Positions 46,431 to 56,655 of a stretch of 64,000 nucleotides of DNA are shown in pieces (the stretch's first letter is position 1; each line of letters starts with the position of its first letter). The notes under the pieces were generated by a model. It searched no databases. It was given only the letters and a program-made list of their open reading frames with translations, and was not told the origin of the DNA. The stretch is from NCBI GenBank assembly GCA_040386535.1, contig JAZKFH010000019.1, positions 1 to 64,000 of the forward strand. Reading direction: 5' to 3'. A program made the position numbers and the translations under genes. This DNA comes from Myxococcota bacterium (lineage in GTDB: Bacteria; Myxococcota_A; UBA796; SXON01).

Positions 46431-47339
46431 TCAGGCCTGTACCCCCGGCGGGGGCTCGTCGTCGGGGGCCCCCTCCGCGTCGACGTGGACGAGCACCTCG
46501 AGCCCGGGGAGCGCCGCGGCCACGGCGTGCTCGATCTCGTGGGTGAGCGCGTGGGCGTCGATGAGGAGCATGTCGTCGGGGAGGACGAGGTGGAACTGGA
46601 CGAACCGGGAGGGGCCGGCGCGGCGGGTGCGCAGGTCGTGCCAGCCGCGGATGCGGGGAAGGAACCCGTCGAGCACGGCCGCGACCACGACGCGTTCGTC
46701 GTCAGGGAGGGGGCTGTCCATCAGCTCGCGCACGGCGTCGCGGAGGAGGCCCTCCACGTCCTTCGCCATCAGGGCGCACACGAGCAGTGACGCGATCGCG
46801 TCGGCGCGGCCCTCGCCGGTGAGCAGCGTGACGAGCAGGCCCGCGAGCACGGCGGCGCCGGTGTACAGGTCCATCCGGTAGTGCACCGCGTCGCCGCGCA
46901 GGACGAGCGACCCGGTGCGGTCCGCCGCGCGGGCGAGGAACGTGCTGATGCCGAACGAGCCGGCCATCGAGACCACCATCGCGGCGATGGCGGGGCCGGC
47001 GGCGACCGGCGGATGGGTGGCCGACACGAGCTGGTCGACCGCGTGCCAGCCGATGCCGACGACGAGCCCGCCGAGCACGAGGGCCTGGGCGAGGGTCGCG
47101 AGGGCCTCGGCCTTGCCGTGACCGTAGTGGTGATCCGCGTCCGCCGGCCGGGCCGCGTGACGCATCATCAGCAGGTTCATGCCGGACACGCCGGCGTCGG
47201 CGAGCGAGTCCGCCGCGGAGGCGAGGACCGCCGCGGAGCCGGTTCCGACCCCGGCGGCGAGCTTGACCGAGCCGAGGACCAGGGTCGCCAGGATCGCGAC
47301 GGCGAGCGGGTTGCGGGGCGCGCCCGCGCCCTCAGTCAC
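46431..47339 (-). CDS. cation diffusion facilitator (FieF-like)
   Basis: ADSLAD, HHYGHGKAE, DAVHYRMD, HDLRTR, VLVHVD. Confidence 0.93.
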   Translation of the reverse strand: MTEGAGAPRNPLAVAILATLVLGSVKLAAGVGTGSAAVLASAADSLADAGVSGMNLLMMRHAARPADADHHYGHGKAEALATLAQALVLGGLVVGIGWHAVDQLVSATHPPVAAGPAIAAMVVSMAGSFGISTFLARAADRTGSLVLRGDAVHYRMDLYTGAAVLAGLLVTLLTGEGRADAIASLLVCALMAKDVEGLLRDAVRELMDSPLPDDERVVVAAVLDGFLPRIRGWHDLRTRRAGPSRFVQFHLVLPDDMLLIDAHALTHEIEHAVAAALPGLEVLVHVDAEGAPDDEPPPGVQA

Positions 47340-49842
47340 CGACGAACACGCGCTGGACCCGGCGGCTCTCGACCTTGACGAGCAGCTCGTAGGGGGAGGT
47401 GCCGGCCGTCGCGGCGACCGCCTCGGGGCGGAGCACCTGCCCGTCGTGCGCGCCGAAGATCAACACCTCGTCGCCCACGCCCGCGTCGGGCACGCCAGAC
47501 AGATCGATCGCCATCGAGTCCATCGAGACCCGCCCGACGATGCGCGCCGCCTTGCCGTTCACCCTCACCTCGCCCGCGTTGGAGAGGCGCCACGGCACGC
47601 CGTCGTGGTAGCCGGCCTCGACGATGCCGACGCGGAGCTCGTCGCTCTCCACGATGAACGTGCCGTTGTAGCCGACGCGCTGGCCGCGCACGTAGGTCGC
47701 GACCTGCGCGATCCGGCTCACGAAGGCCACGGCCAGCTGCAGCTCGACGGCGTCCGCCACGGCGGGCGAGGGGTAGATGCCGTAGAGGCCCAGGCCGAGC
47801 CGCACGAGATCGTGGCGGGACGACGGGAATCGCGCGGCGCCGGACGTGGCGGCGGCGTGGATGACGAGCGGCTCGGTCCCCTCGGCACGGATGGCGGCGA
47901 CCACCTCGTCGAAGCCGGCGAGCTGGTCGCGGGTGTAGTCGTCCGCGGTGGGGTCGTCCGCGGAGGAGAGGTGGGTCATCACGCCGGTGAGCCGCAACAC
48001 GCCCGATGCGCGCACGAACCGCGCCGCGGTGAGCGCCTCCGCCGGGCTGACGCCGAGGCGGCCCATGCCGGTGTCGATCTCGAGGTGAACGTCACACGTG
48101 GTGCCCATCGTGCGCATCGCCTCGGCCAGGGAGCGGGCGAGCGCCATGGAATACACGACGGGGGTGAGGCGGTAGCGCACCACCTTGTCGACCTCCTCCA
48201 GGTCGAGGAGCGTCACCAGGATGGGCAGGTGCACGCCGGCGCGGCGGGCGAACGCGCCCTCGTCGGCGGCCGACACGCCGATCCAGTCCACGCCGCTCTC
48301 CTGGAGCGCCGAGGCCACGCGCGCGAGCTCGGTGCCGTACGCCCACGCCTTGAGCATCGCGAGGATGGCGACAGAGGGCCCGCAGAGCTCGCGGAACCGC
48401 GCGATGTTCTCGCGGATCGCCCCGAGATCGACGAGCAGCCGCCGGGGCGACATCGACTCCCAGATCTCCCGGGCCGCGGCGGCGAGGCCCTCGTTGCGCG
48501 GCCCCTTGACCAGGAGCGTGTCGCCGGCCTGCGCGAGGGGACGGATGACCTCGCGGATGGCGTGGACACTCTCGACCTCGATGACCGGGGCGTCGGGTGA
48601 GACGGCTCGCCACGCCGCCGCCGTGTGTCGGAGGGACGCATGCGGCAGCAGCACGAGGTGGGTGAACCCCTTCTGCGCCGCGAGTCGGCCGATGAGCGCG
48701 TGCTCCTGGGCGTCGCGCTCGCCGAGCTCGTGCATGCCCCCGAACACGAAGATGCGCCGCCCGCGGGCCTCGGGGCTGGACGCCACGGTCTCGAGCGCGG
48801 CTTGCACCGAGAGGGGATCGGCGCTGGCCGCGTCGTTCACGATGGTGATGCCGTCGGGTGTGCGCCAGGTCTCCATGCGGGTCGGCCCGAAGGAGTAGTC
48901 GTGGAGCACGGACGCGATCTCGGAGGGCGTGACGTCGAAGCGGTGCGCCACGATCATGGCGAGGAGCAGATCGTGGATGAGCGGCGCGCTGCGGGTGCGC
49001 ACGGGGAGGTAGATTCGCGCCTCGTCGAACGCGAGGACCAGGAGTGTTCCGGTCGCCGTGTTTCGCCGCTCGATGATGCGCGGGGCGCCGTCGAAGGGGC
49101 GCAGTTGGGTGCAGGTGAGCAGGGACGTGTCCACGATCGGATCGTCGGGGAGCAGCACCCAGCCCTCGGCCGGCACCCCATGGAACAGGCGCACCTTCTC
49201 CCGCGCGATGCGCTCGCGCGCGCCGAACCGCGCGATGTGGGCGACGCCGATGTTGGTGAGCACCCCGAAGTCGGGCCGGAGGATGCCCGCGATGGCGTCC
49301 ATCTCGCCGGGCTCGGAGACGCCGGCCTCGAAGACGCCGATCTGGGTGCCGGCGGGCGCCGCGAGCACCGCCAAGGGCACGCCGATCTGGCTGTTCCAGC
49401 TGCCGGGGCTGGCGGCCACGCGGTAGCGCGTCGCGAGCAGCGCGGTGAGCGCGTCCTTCACGACCGTTTTTCCGTTGCTCCCCGTGATGGCGACGACCCG
49501 CCCGATGGCCCGGCCGCGGTGCCACGCGGCGAGGCGCTGGAGCGCGGTCAGCGGCGACTCGACCTCGATGCGGAGCGGATCCCCGACGGGCGGCACCCAC
49601 CCGCGCGTGACGACCGCCACCGCGGCGCCGGCGGCCATCGCGTCGGTGACGAAGCCGTGCCCGTCGGCGTGGCGGCCGCCGAGCGCGAAGAAGGCCTCGC
49701 CGGGGTGGACGCGGCGAGAGTCGATGGCGACGCCGCGCACGAGCTCGCGCGTGGCGTCCCTGCCACCGTCCTCACGCGCCGCGTGGCCACGCAGCGTTCC
49801 CCCGACGACGACGGCCAGCGCGGAGGGATCGGGGAGGGACAC
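47332..49842 (-). CDS. alr: MurF / alanine racemase fusion protein
   Basis: MurF half: IDSR, ITGSNGKT, SWNSQIGVP, GMHELG, LVKG. Alr half: MLKAWAYG, DTGMGRLG, THL, GYN, GRVSMD, YELL. Confidence 0.9.
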   Translation of the reverse strand: MSLPDPSALAVVVGGTLRGHAAREDGGRDATRELVRGVAIDSRRVHPGEAFFALGGRHADGHGFVTDAMAAGAAVAVVTRGWVPPVGDPLRIEVESPLTALQRLAAWHRGRAIGRVVAITGSNGKTVVKDALTALLATRYRVAASPGSWNSQIGVPLAVLAAPAGTQIGVFEAGVSEPGEMDAIAGILRPDFGVLTNIGVAHIARFGARERIAREKVRLFHGVPAEGWVLLPDDPIVDTSLLTCTQLRPFDGAPRIIERRNTATGTLLVLAFDEARIYLPVRTRSAPLIHDLLLAMIVAHRFDVTPSEIASVLHDYSFGPTRMETWRTPDGITIVNDAASADPLSVQAALETVASSPEARGRRIFVFGGMHELGERDAQEHALIGRLAAQKGFTHLVLLPHASLRHTAAAWRAVSPDAPVIEVESVHAIREVIRPLAQAGDTLLVKGPRNEGLAAAAREIWESMSPRRLLVDLGAIRENIARFRELCGPSVAILAMLKAWAYGTELARVASALQESGVDWIGVSAADEGAFARRAGVHLPILVTLLDLEEVDKVVRYRLTPVVYSMALARSLAEAMRTMGTTCDVHLEIDTGMGRLGVSPAEALTAARFVRASGVLRLTGVMTHLSSADDPTADDYTRDQLAGFDEVVAAIRAEGTEPLVIHAAATSGAARFPSSRHDLVRLGLGLYGIYPSPAVADAVELQLAVAFVSRIAQVATYVRGQRVGYNGTFIVESDELRVGIVEAGYHDGVPWRLSNAGEVRVNGKAARIVGRVSMDSMAIDLSGVPDAGVGDEVLIFGAHDGQVLRPEAVAATAGTSPYELLVKVESRRVQRVFVGD

Positions 49843-49883
49843 GGGGCACCGGGGGACCGCCCCGCCTTAACGGCCTCGGTCCC

Positions 49884-51197
49884 TCACGGGGGCGTCGAAC
49901 CCACCGGCCGCGGCTCCGTGGCGACCGCCAGCGCCGCCTCTACCCGCTCGGCCAGGAGGCGCCGCTGCTCCGCCACGGCGTCCGCGATGGACTGGCGCGT
50001 GAGGGTGAGCCAGTGCGCCCTGAGCATCTCGCGGCGCAGATCGTAGCGCTCGCCCCACCGCAGCGCGACGAACCCGGAGAGTGGCCCCGCCACGAGCATT
50101 CCGAAGCCGGCCAGGGGCCCGAACGCAATCGCGGTCGCGATGGCCCAGCCCATCCAGGTGAGCGTGAGGATCAACAGGCCGAGCATCAGCTTGAGCGTGC
50201 CGACGATGTCCGCGTGGCCCCCGGAGAACCGCAGCGCGAGCGGCTTGACGAGGCGGTACGGCACCCACGCCAGCACCGCGCCGACGAGGGCCACGGGCGC
50301 GAGCAGGATCAACGGGAGCAGCGCGAGGAGCGGGGACGGGGCGAGCCCGGCGCGTCGGGCTTCGAGGGCGAACGGATCCGACACGCCGACGGCGTCGAGC
50401 AGGCGCACGAAGTGGCGCGTGGCGTCGACTACCTCTACGACCCGCTCGGGCTCGCGCTCGTCGAGGGCGCGGTACGCGGCGGCGAGCGTGCGCGCGCGCT
50501 GATCGAGCGCCACCATGTCACGCCCGCCGTCGGCGCTGGTCCACGCCGCCACCGCGACGAGGCCCCGCCAGATCTCGCGGTTGTCCGCCTCGAGCATCAC
50601 CGCGGAGAGCCCGTCGCTGATGCGCGCGGTCAGCGCCCGCACGGCGTCGGGGCTCGGCTCCACGTCGTCCGGGATTGGGGTGACCTCGATGGGCGCGCCG
50701 AAGGTCAGCGCGACACGGGTGCGGAACACCCCCTTGTCCTCGTAGAGCATGCCGACCGGCACCACGCGCAGGCCCGGCGCGCGGCTCTGGAGCGCGATGC
50801 GCGCGGCGCCGGTCTTGAGGGGCTGGAGCTCCGGCTCGTCGTGGCTGATCCCCTCGGGGAACAAGGCGAGCCACCCCTTCGCGCCGAGGAGGCTCCGCGC
50901 CTTCGTGAACGTCGCGTCGTTCTTGGCGGTGTCGGCCTCCTTCGCGCGGTACACGGGGATGGCCGAGAACGCCTGGAGGATCTGGCGCGCGATCGGATTG
51001 GAGAAGAGCGTGCTCTTCGCCAGGAACGCGACGGGGCGGCCCACGCCGATGCAGAGCACGAGCGGATCGAGGAGCCCGTTGGGGTGGTTCGCCACGAGGA
51101 TGACCGGGCCTTCGGCCGGGGGCGCGCCCGAGACGGCGATCTCCCGGTAGTAGAGGCGGATGAGGGCGAGCCAGGCGGCGCGGAGGAGGGGATTCAT
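49884..51197 (-). CDS. lysophospholipid/glycerol acyltransferase (PlsC family) with TM helices
   Basis: NHPNGLLD (HX4D), FLAK, FPEG, KTGAAR. Confidence 0.9.
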   Translation of the reverse strand: MNPLLRAAWLALIRLYYREIAVSGAPPAEGPVILVANHPNGLLDPLVLCIGVGRPVAFLAKSTLFSNPIARQILQAFSAIPVYRAKEADTAKNDATFTKARSLLGAKGWLALFPEGISHDEPELQPLKTGAARIALQSRAPGLRVVPVGMLYEDKGVFRTRVALTFGAPIEVTPIPDDVEPSPDAVRALTARISDGLSAVMLEADNREIWRGLVAVAAWTSADGGRDMVALDQRARTLAAAYRALDEREPERVVEVVDATRHFVRLLDAVGVSDPFALEARRAGLAPSPLLALLPLILLAPVALVGAVLAWVPYRLVKPLALRFSGGHADIVGTLKLMLGLLILTLTWMGWAIATAIAFGPLAGFGMLVAGPLSGFVALRWGERYDLRREMLRAHWLTLTRQSIADAVAEQRRLLAERVEAALAVATEPRPVGSTPP

Positions 51198-51225
51198 GGG
51201 GACGGGGAGTGTACGCCGCCGTCGG

Positions 51226-52362
51226 TCACGCCGCTGGGGCGGCCGTGCGCGATCCGTCCGCCGCCTGCGCCACGGAGGGCACGGGTTGGTGGACGCGCAT
51301 CGTCTCCTCTCCGACCATCACGCGCACGGTCCGCCCGAGGCGCCGCCACACCGACTCCTGCACGTAGGGCACGCCATGGCGCGCGCACAACGCCTGGACG
51401 CGGGGCTGGGCACGTTGGTAGGCGGCCATCGGCAGATCGGGCCAGAGGTGGTGCTCGATCTGGTAGTTCAGGAACCCGTGGGCGAAGTCGTTCAGATCGC
51501 CGCCCGTGCGGAAGTTGGCCGAGCCGAGCACCTGCCGGAGCAGGAATTCCTGCTTGCTGCGCGTGGGCGTCTCGAAGCGGTACAGGTCTCCGCCGGCGTG
51601 GTTCGGCACGATGACGGCGAAGCTGTGGAGGTTGGTGAGGAGCTCGGCCAACACCTGGTTCACCAACACGCTCGCGGCGGCCCAGGGGGACACCAGCAGG
51701 AAGAGCGCGGGGAGCAGCACGAAGTGCACGGAGGCGTAGGGGAGCACGCTCCGGAGCCACAGATCGCGGCCGGCCGGCGTGCGTGGGTCCCACGTCCAGA
51801 CGCCCCGCGGCAGGTCGGCGCCCGCGCCATCCACCTTCTGGTCGGCGCGGTGCAATTCGGCGATGGTGTTGGGCGCGTAGTACAGCCACTTCCACGTCAG
51901 CGCGAAGAAGAACACCAACAGGTAGCGGGCCGGCCGGGGCCAGCGGCTCTCCCGCAACCAACGCAGGTTCTCCTCGACGAGATCGGGATCGCCAGCCTCG
52001 TTGAGTCGGTAGTGATGGAGCACGTTGTGTTCGTGTTTCCACGCCGCGGGCACCAACCAATCGAACCAGTCGACCACCCGCCGCGCGCCCTCGCCGAAGG
52101 GCTTGCCGGCGCGCCCCAGCCGATCGTAGCCGCGGTGGCCCACGTGGTGGCCCACCATGGTCCACCGCGCGAACCGGCCCGTGGAGAGGGCGAGGATGCT
52201 CAATGGGTTGGGTGCGATCCAGGCGGTGGCCCACCCGAGGAGGCTCGCGGTGTAGCCCCAGCGCTCGATGCGCCGGAGGTGGGCGAGATCGGCGGGGCCA
52301 CACTCCTGGCGCAGCTCCGCGCCGAGCTGCCGAAGGTCGTTGCCGAAGGCGTCCAGATCCAT
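51226..52362 (-). CDS. membrane fatty acid desaturase
   Basis: His boxes HHVGH, HNVLHH and QIEHHL. Confidence 0.9.
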   Translation of the reverse strand: MDLDAFGNDLRQLGAELRQECGPADLAHLRRIERWGYTASLLGWATAWIAPNPLSILALSTGRFARWTMVGHHVGHRGYDRLGRAGKPFGEGARRVVDWFDWLVPAAWKHEHNVLHHYRLNEAGDPDLVEENLRWLRESRWPRPARYLLVFFFALTWKWLYYAPNTIAELHRADQKVDGAGADLPRGVWTWDPRTPAGRDLWLRSVLPYASVHFVLLPALFLLVSPWAAASVLVNQVLAELLTNLHSFAVIVPNHAGGDLYRFETPTRSKQEFLLRQVLGSANFRTGGDLNDFAHGFLNYQIEHHLWPDLPMAAYQRAQPRVQALCARHGVPYVQESVWRRLGRTVRVMVGEETMRVHQPVPSVAQAADGSRTAAPAA

Positions 52363-52411
52363 GCGGCGCGGCCTATCGTCGCCGACGGCCCCGCGCTTCA
52401 CGCCCTGCCGT

Positions 52412-54535
52412 TCAGACCCCGACCAGCCCCGCCCGGCGCACCTTCGCGAAGGTGGGCGCGAAGCGCTCCCAATCGCCCGGGAACGCCGCGCGCGCATCGG
52501 ACCACCGCAACGCGGGCCGCCTGTCGCCGGGCGCCGCGGCGTCGAGCACCTCCGCGAGCCACGCCATCGCGTCCCGGCGGGCCTTCACGCGCACGGTGTC
52601 GTCGCGTGTGTGGAGGAGCAGGGCACCGTCGTCCTCGAGGACCTCGCCGCCGAGCCACAGGAGGCGCTCGCCGGGCTCCGGGGGCGGGGCCGCGAGGGCC
52701 TTGGCGATGCGGTCGGAGGGCTCACGCGTGGGGGGCACCTTGGTCTCGAACCAGGTGTGTGCCGGGCGATCCAACTCCCGGCCGCGCATCCACGCCTTGA
52801 GCGCGCGCGGGAGCACGGCGTCGTACCGGTCGGGATCGGCGCCGGTGGCATCGACGTGGAGCATGTCGTTGGCCGCGAAGAGCTTCGCGGCGGCCCGCGC
52901 GGGCATTGCGGGCACGGTGACGCCGTACCGGGCGGGATCGACGGCGATGCCCGAGTGGCGTGTCAACACGAACCGATGCCAGAACGCGGAGCTCAACAGG
53001 TCGGCGGCGAACAGTTGGCGCACGATCTCCAACGAGTCGACGGTCTCCTCCTCGGTCTGGGTCGGGAACCCGTACATCAGGTAGGCGTGCACCATCACCC
53101 CGGCCTGCCGGAACGCGCTCGCCGCGCGGGCCACCTGCTCGATGGTGACACCCTTCTCCATGCGCGCGAGCAGGCGATCCGAGGCCACCTCGAGCCCGCC
53201 CGTGACCGCGATCAGCCCCGCCGCGGCGAGCAGGCGACACACGTCGGGCGTGAAGGACGCCTCGAAGCGGATGTTGCCCCACATCGTCACGGTCGAGCGG
53301 CGCTGGAGCAATTCCAAGGCGAGATCGCGCAAGCCGCGGGGTGGCGCGGCCTCGTCCACGAAGTGGAAGCCGGACTGACCCGTGTCACGAATCAGCTCGT
53401 CCATCACGTCGGCGAGGCGCTCGGCGCGCGCGGGCAGGTAGCGCGCGATGTAGTCGAGCTGGATGTCGCAGAAGGAGCACTTGCGCCAGTAGCAGCCGTG
53501 GGCGAGCGTGATCTTGTTCCACCGCCCGTCGGACCAGAGGCGGTGGGCGGGGTTCAGGCTGTCGACCAGCTGGAGGTAGTGGTCGAGGCGGAGATCCCCA
53601 TAGAAGGCGGCGATGGCGGCGGGCACGTCGGGGGGCGTTGCGGGGGGCTCGCCCCCCGCCCCAAGAGCCGTGGACTCCCAAATCAGGCCAGCGCGCGTAC
53701 GGGTGCGGTGGCGACGATCCGCGCCTCCCGCGAGATGCTCGAGGACCGCCAGGAGCGGCCCCTCGCCGTCATCGTAGACGAGCGTGTCGATGTGGTCCCA
53801 CAGGCGGGGCTCGGCCACGTCGCGCAGCTCGGTGTTGACGTAGCCGCCACCCATGATGACGTGGGCGCCGCGCGCGCGCAGCCGCCGGCCGATGCGCAGG
53901 GCACCGTAGAGGTTGCCGGGGAAGGGGACGGAGAGGCCTACGACGTCGGCGGTGACGGTGTCCGCGAGCTCGTCGAGCCACGTGTCGAGGAGCGTGGTGC
54001 GGGCGAGGCGCGCGGCCAACGCGTCGAAGGAGGCGGGACCCACCGCGAGGTGATGTTGGTAGCGGATGAGCGAGAAGCCCTCGTCGACACAAGAGGTGAC
54101 GAGATCGGCGAGGTCGGAGAGGTAGAGCGTGGCGAGGTGGCGCGCGGCGTCGTCCACGGCGAGGGGGCCGAAGCCGTCGAGGTCGGCGGCCGCGGAGCGG
54201 GGGCCGCGCGGCAGGAACGGGGTGTCGAGCAGGCGCGGCGCGAGGGTGCGGTCCTTGCCCTGGAGAAAGCGGATGACGGGCCCGATCGCGGCCTCGTGGG
54301 CCTCGCGCAGGGCGATGGCGCGCCACGCGGGCTCGGGGAGATCGTCGCCCTCCGCGATCGAGTCGAAGACCGCGGCGAGGCCCGCCTTCGAGTAGAGGCG
54401 CAGCACCCACTCGATGCCGAGGTCACGCTGGGTCGTCGCGACGCCGTGATCGCGGAGCGCGCGCGCGAGGTAGGCGGGGCCCGGGTAGGGCGCGTTGAGC
54501 TGCGTCAGGGGCGGCAGCACCAGGGCCAGTTGCAT
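52412..54535 (-). CDS. B12-binding radical SAM protein (Cx4Cx2C variant)
   Basis: PPLTQLNAPYP, SVPFPGNL, GGGYVNTELR, GCYWRKCSFCD, FVDEAAPP, HAYLMYGFP. Confidence 0.88.
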   Translation of the reverse strand: MQLALVLPPLTQLNAPYPGPAYLARALRDHGVATTQRDLGIEWVLRLYSKAGLAAVFDSIAEGDDLPEPAWRAIALREAHEAAIGPVIRFLQGKDRTLAPRLLDTPFLPRGPRSAAADLDGFGPLAVDDAARHLATLYLSDLADLVTSCVDEGFSLIRYQHHLAVGPASFDALAARLARTTLLDTWLDELADTVTADVVGLSVPFPGNLYGALRIGRRLRARGAHVIMGGGYVNTELRDVAEPRLWDHIDTLVYDDGEGPLLAVLEHLAGGADRRHRTRTRAGLIWESTALGAGGEPPATPPDVPAAIAAFYGDLRLDHYLQLVDSLNPAHRLWSDGRWNKITLAHGCYWRKCSFCDIQLDYIARYLPARAERLADVMDELIRDTGQSGFHFVDEAAPPRGLRDLALELLQRRSTVTMWGNIRFEASFTPDVCRLLAAAGLIAVTGGLEVASDRLLARMEKGVTIEQVARAASAFRQAGVMVHAYLMYGFPTQTEEETVDSLEIVRQLFAADLLSSAFWHRFVLTRHSGIAVDPARYGVTVPAMPARAAAKLFAANDMLHVDATGADPDRYDAVLPRALKAWMRGRELDRPAHTWFETKVPPTREPSDRIAKALAAPPPEPGERLLWLGGEVLEDDGALLLHTRDDTVRVKARRDAMAWLAEVLDAAAPGDRRPALRWSDARAAFPGDWERFAPTFAKVRRAGLVGV

Positions 54536-54631
54536 CGCGCGAATGTAGCGCGGCGCCTCCCGCGAAAAAAGTCGCGTGCCGGGCGAAGGGCCGGCCACCC
54601 CCGCGACACTCGTAGGGGTGGAGGCTATGAA

Positions 54632-55249
54632 ATGCCCGTCGACATCAACGAGCCACAGGTCCAGATCGCCGGCTTTGCCGGGGTGACGCATGGCTTCGAG
54701 AAGCAGGTGATCCGGGACGTGGTCGCCGGGACGCGCGTGGCACGGGGGCCCTGGGCAGGGGTGGTCCAGGCGCGCGTCGGGGTCGCGCCCCGCGCGTCGG
54801 ATCCGCTGGCGTCGGCGGTCGGGGAGCTCGCGTGGCAGGCGTGGGGCGCCGCCGAGGGGCCGCTCTACTCCCTGGACGACGTGCTCGGCGCCAGCGCCTC
54901 GGCCGAGCTCGGCGTGCCTGCGTTCGGCGCGCGGTTCTCGGGCGGCCCGTTCCTGTCCGTCGGCATCGACGCGGCGTTCGTGTCCCGGGGCGTCTACTAC
55001 GGGAGCGAGGAGAGGGTGGTGTCCGCGGGGGAGGTATTGCCGGCCGTCGGCGCCCGCATCGGCGCGGGCGTGAACTGGTGCCTGGGGAAGAACCTCGCCA
55101 TCCGCGCCGAGATCTCGGACGTGGTGCGCTCCGCCTCCCTCATCGAGCCGGCGGGCGGCTTCCGGAGCAACACGCTGAGCGAGGATCCGCCCAACCCCTT
55201 GTTCGTTCACCAGGTCGCGCTCGCCGTGACCATCGCCGTGGGCCGGTAG
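54632..55249 (+). CDS. hypothetical outer-membrane beta-barrel-like protein (no obvious signal peptide)
   Basis: GGAGG SD; amphipathic strands (RIGAGVNW, LAIRAE.SD). Confidence 0.55.
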   Translation: MPVDINEPQVQIAGFAGVTHGFEKQVIRDVVAGTRVARGPWAGVVQARVGVAPRASDPLASAVGELAWQAWGAAEGPLYSLDDVLGASASAELGVPAFGARFSGGPFLSVGIDAAFVSRGVYYGSEERVVSAGEVLPAVGARIGAGVNWCLGKNLAIRAEISDVVRSASLIEPAGGFRSNTLSEDPPNPLFVHQVALAVTIAVGR

Positions 55250-55258
55250 GAGGGCGTC

Positions 55259-55849
55259 ATGTGGCTAATCATCATCGCGAGCGCGCAGGCGTTCGAAGTC
55301 GATGTGGGCCTCGGCAGCGAGCTGGTCGCCAACGAGCCCTTCGTCAACCCCATCGGGATGCGCGGCTCGGTCACGCTCCGGCCGTTGCCCTGGCTCGGCG
55401 CCGGCTTGTCGCTGGCCGGCTACCCTCTCCGCGTGCAGACGACCCGCTACGACGTGATTGCCGGCTTCAGTATCGTCCCCGACGCGGCGCCCATCGTCGG
55501 GACCGGCAGCTTCGTCGGCGCGGTACGGTTCGCGCGCGGGCCCATCGGCACGTTCGACGGCGCGATCGATCTCGTGGTGGGCGTCGGTGGGGTCTACTCG
55601 GTGGACGACTGCGTCGCGTTGCAGATGGTGGACGACCCCGTCTGCCTCGGCACCCAACGCCAGCTGCACCCCGCCTCGATCATCGGGCTCAACGCGATGA
55701 TCGGCCAGGGCCAGTGGGGCGTGCGGCTGCGCGGAGAGCGGTGGGCGTACACCGAGACGGTCGCCGGCACGGTGGAGCGGTCGAAGGACCCGGTGTGGCT
55801 GGGCGTCGACCTGGTGGTGCGCTTCGGGGGCGCGCCGGCCTCCCCATGA
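55259..55849 (+). CDS. outer membrane beta-barrel domain protein (myxobacterial type)
   Basis: SD AGGAGG, short signal ASAQA, NEPF motif, alternating strands. Confidence 0.65.
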   Translation: MWLIIIASAQAFEVDVGLGSELVANEPFVNPIGMRGSVTLRPLPWLGAGLSLAGYPLRVQTTRYDVIAGFSIVPDAAPIVGTGSFVGAVRFARGPIGTFDGAIDLVVGVGGVYSVDDCVALQMVDDPVCLGTQRQLHPASIIGLNAMIGQGQWGVRLRGERWAYTETVAGTVERSKDPVWLGVDLVVRFGGAPASP

Positions 55850-56655
55850 TGCCCTGGCTGCTCCTCGTGGCGGGCGTCGCGGCGATGCCCTGGTGGACGG
55901 AGGATGCCCGCGAGGCCGAGGCCGTGCGCGCGGCGCTGGTCGAGCTGTGGCCGACGAGCCCGTTCGTGGTCCAGGAGGGCGCGCCCGAGGGGCTCGGCGC
56001 CTGGTACGGCGACGGCGTGCTCCACCTCGTGCTCGTGGACGGGGTGCGCGAGGGCCCGGTCGGCCCCGACGCCGCCGAGCAGGTGGTCATCGCGCGGGCG
56101 TGGCTCGCCGAGCTCGGGCCCGAGCGGCGGCGGTGGGCGGGGCGCGCGCCGATCCGGCCGCAGGTCGGGCTGCTCGTCGGCACCGGGGTGGCGAACGAGG
56201 TGGCGCCGGCGCCGCTCCACGTCGCGATCGCGGGCGATCTGTCGTGGCGTCTGCTCACGGTCACGCCGTTCGCGACGGGGGACCTGGGGACGGTCCAGGC
56301 CGCACGCGACGGGGCGCCGGTGAACGAGACGCGGGTGGGAGTGGGGGTCGCGATCGGGACGCGGGCGCCGCTCTGGGGCGGCGAGCTCGCCCTCGTCGCG
56401 GGGCCGACCGTGCGCCTGGTGGTGGCGACGGCACGCGGGGGAACGGCGACCGTGCTCCTCCCGGGGATCGCCGAGCGCGTCCATTGGTGGCGCGCCGTGG
56501 CGCCGGGTTGGCGGTTCGGCGTGGGGGCCACCGTGCAGTTCGACGGCATCGCGTCGAGCTGGAAGCAGCCGTGGACGGAGGTCGGGGACACCGTGTATGC
56601 GCGCCCCGAGCTGGTCGCGGCCCTCGAGATCGGCCTCGCGTGGGCGAACCCGTGA
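55846..56655 (+). CDS. hypothetical exported protein with C-terminal beta-strand domain
   Basis: Hydrophobic N-terminus, amphipathic strands ending LEIGLAW; coupled to both neighbours. Confidence 0.6.
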   Translation: MMPWLLLVAGVAAMPWWTEDAREAEAVRAALVELWPTSPFVVQEGAPEGLGAWYGDGVLHLVLVDGVREGPVGPDAAEQVVIARAWLAELGPERRRWAGRAPIRPQVGLLVGTGVANEVAPAPLHVAIAGDLSWRLLTVTPFATGDLGTVQAARDGAPVNETRVGVGVAIGTRAPLWGGELALVAGPTVRLVVATARGGTATVLLPGIAERVHWWRAVAPGWRFGVGATVQFDGIASSWKQPWTEVGDTVYARPELVAALEIGLAWANP

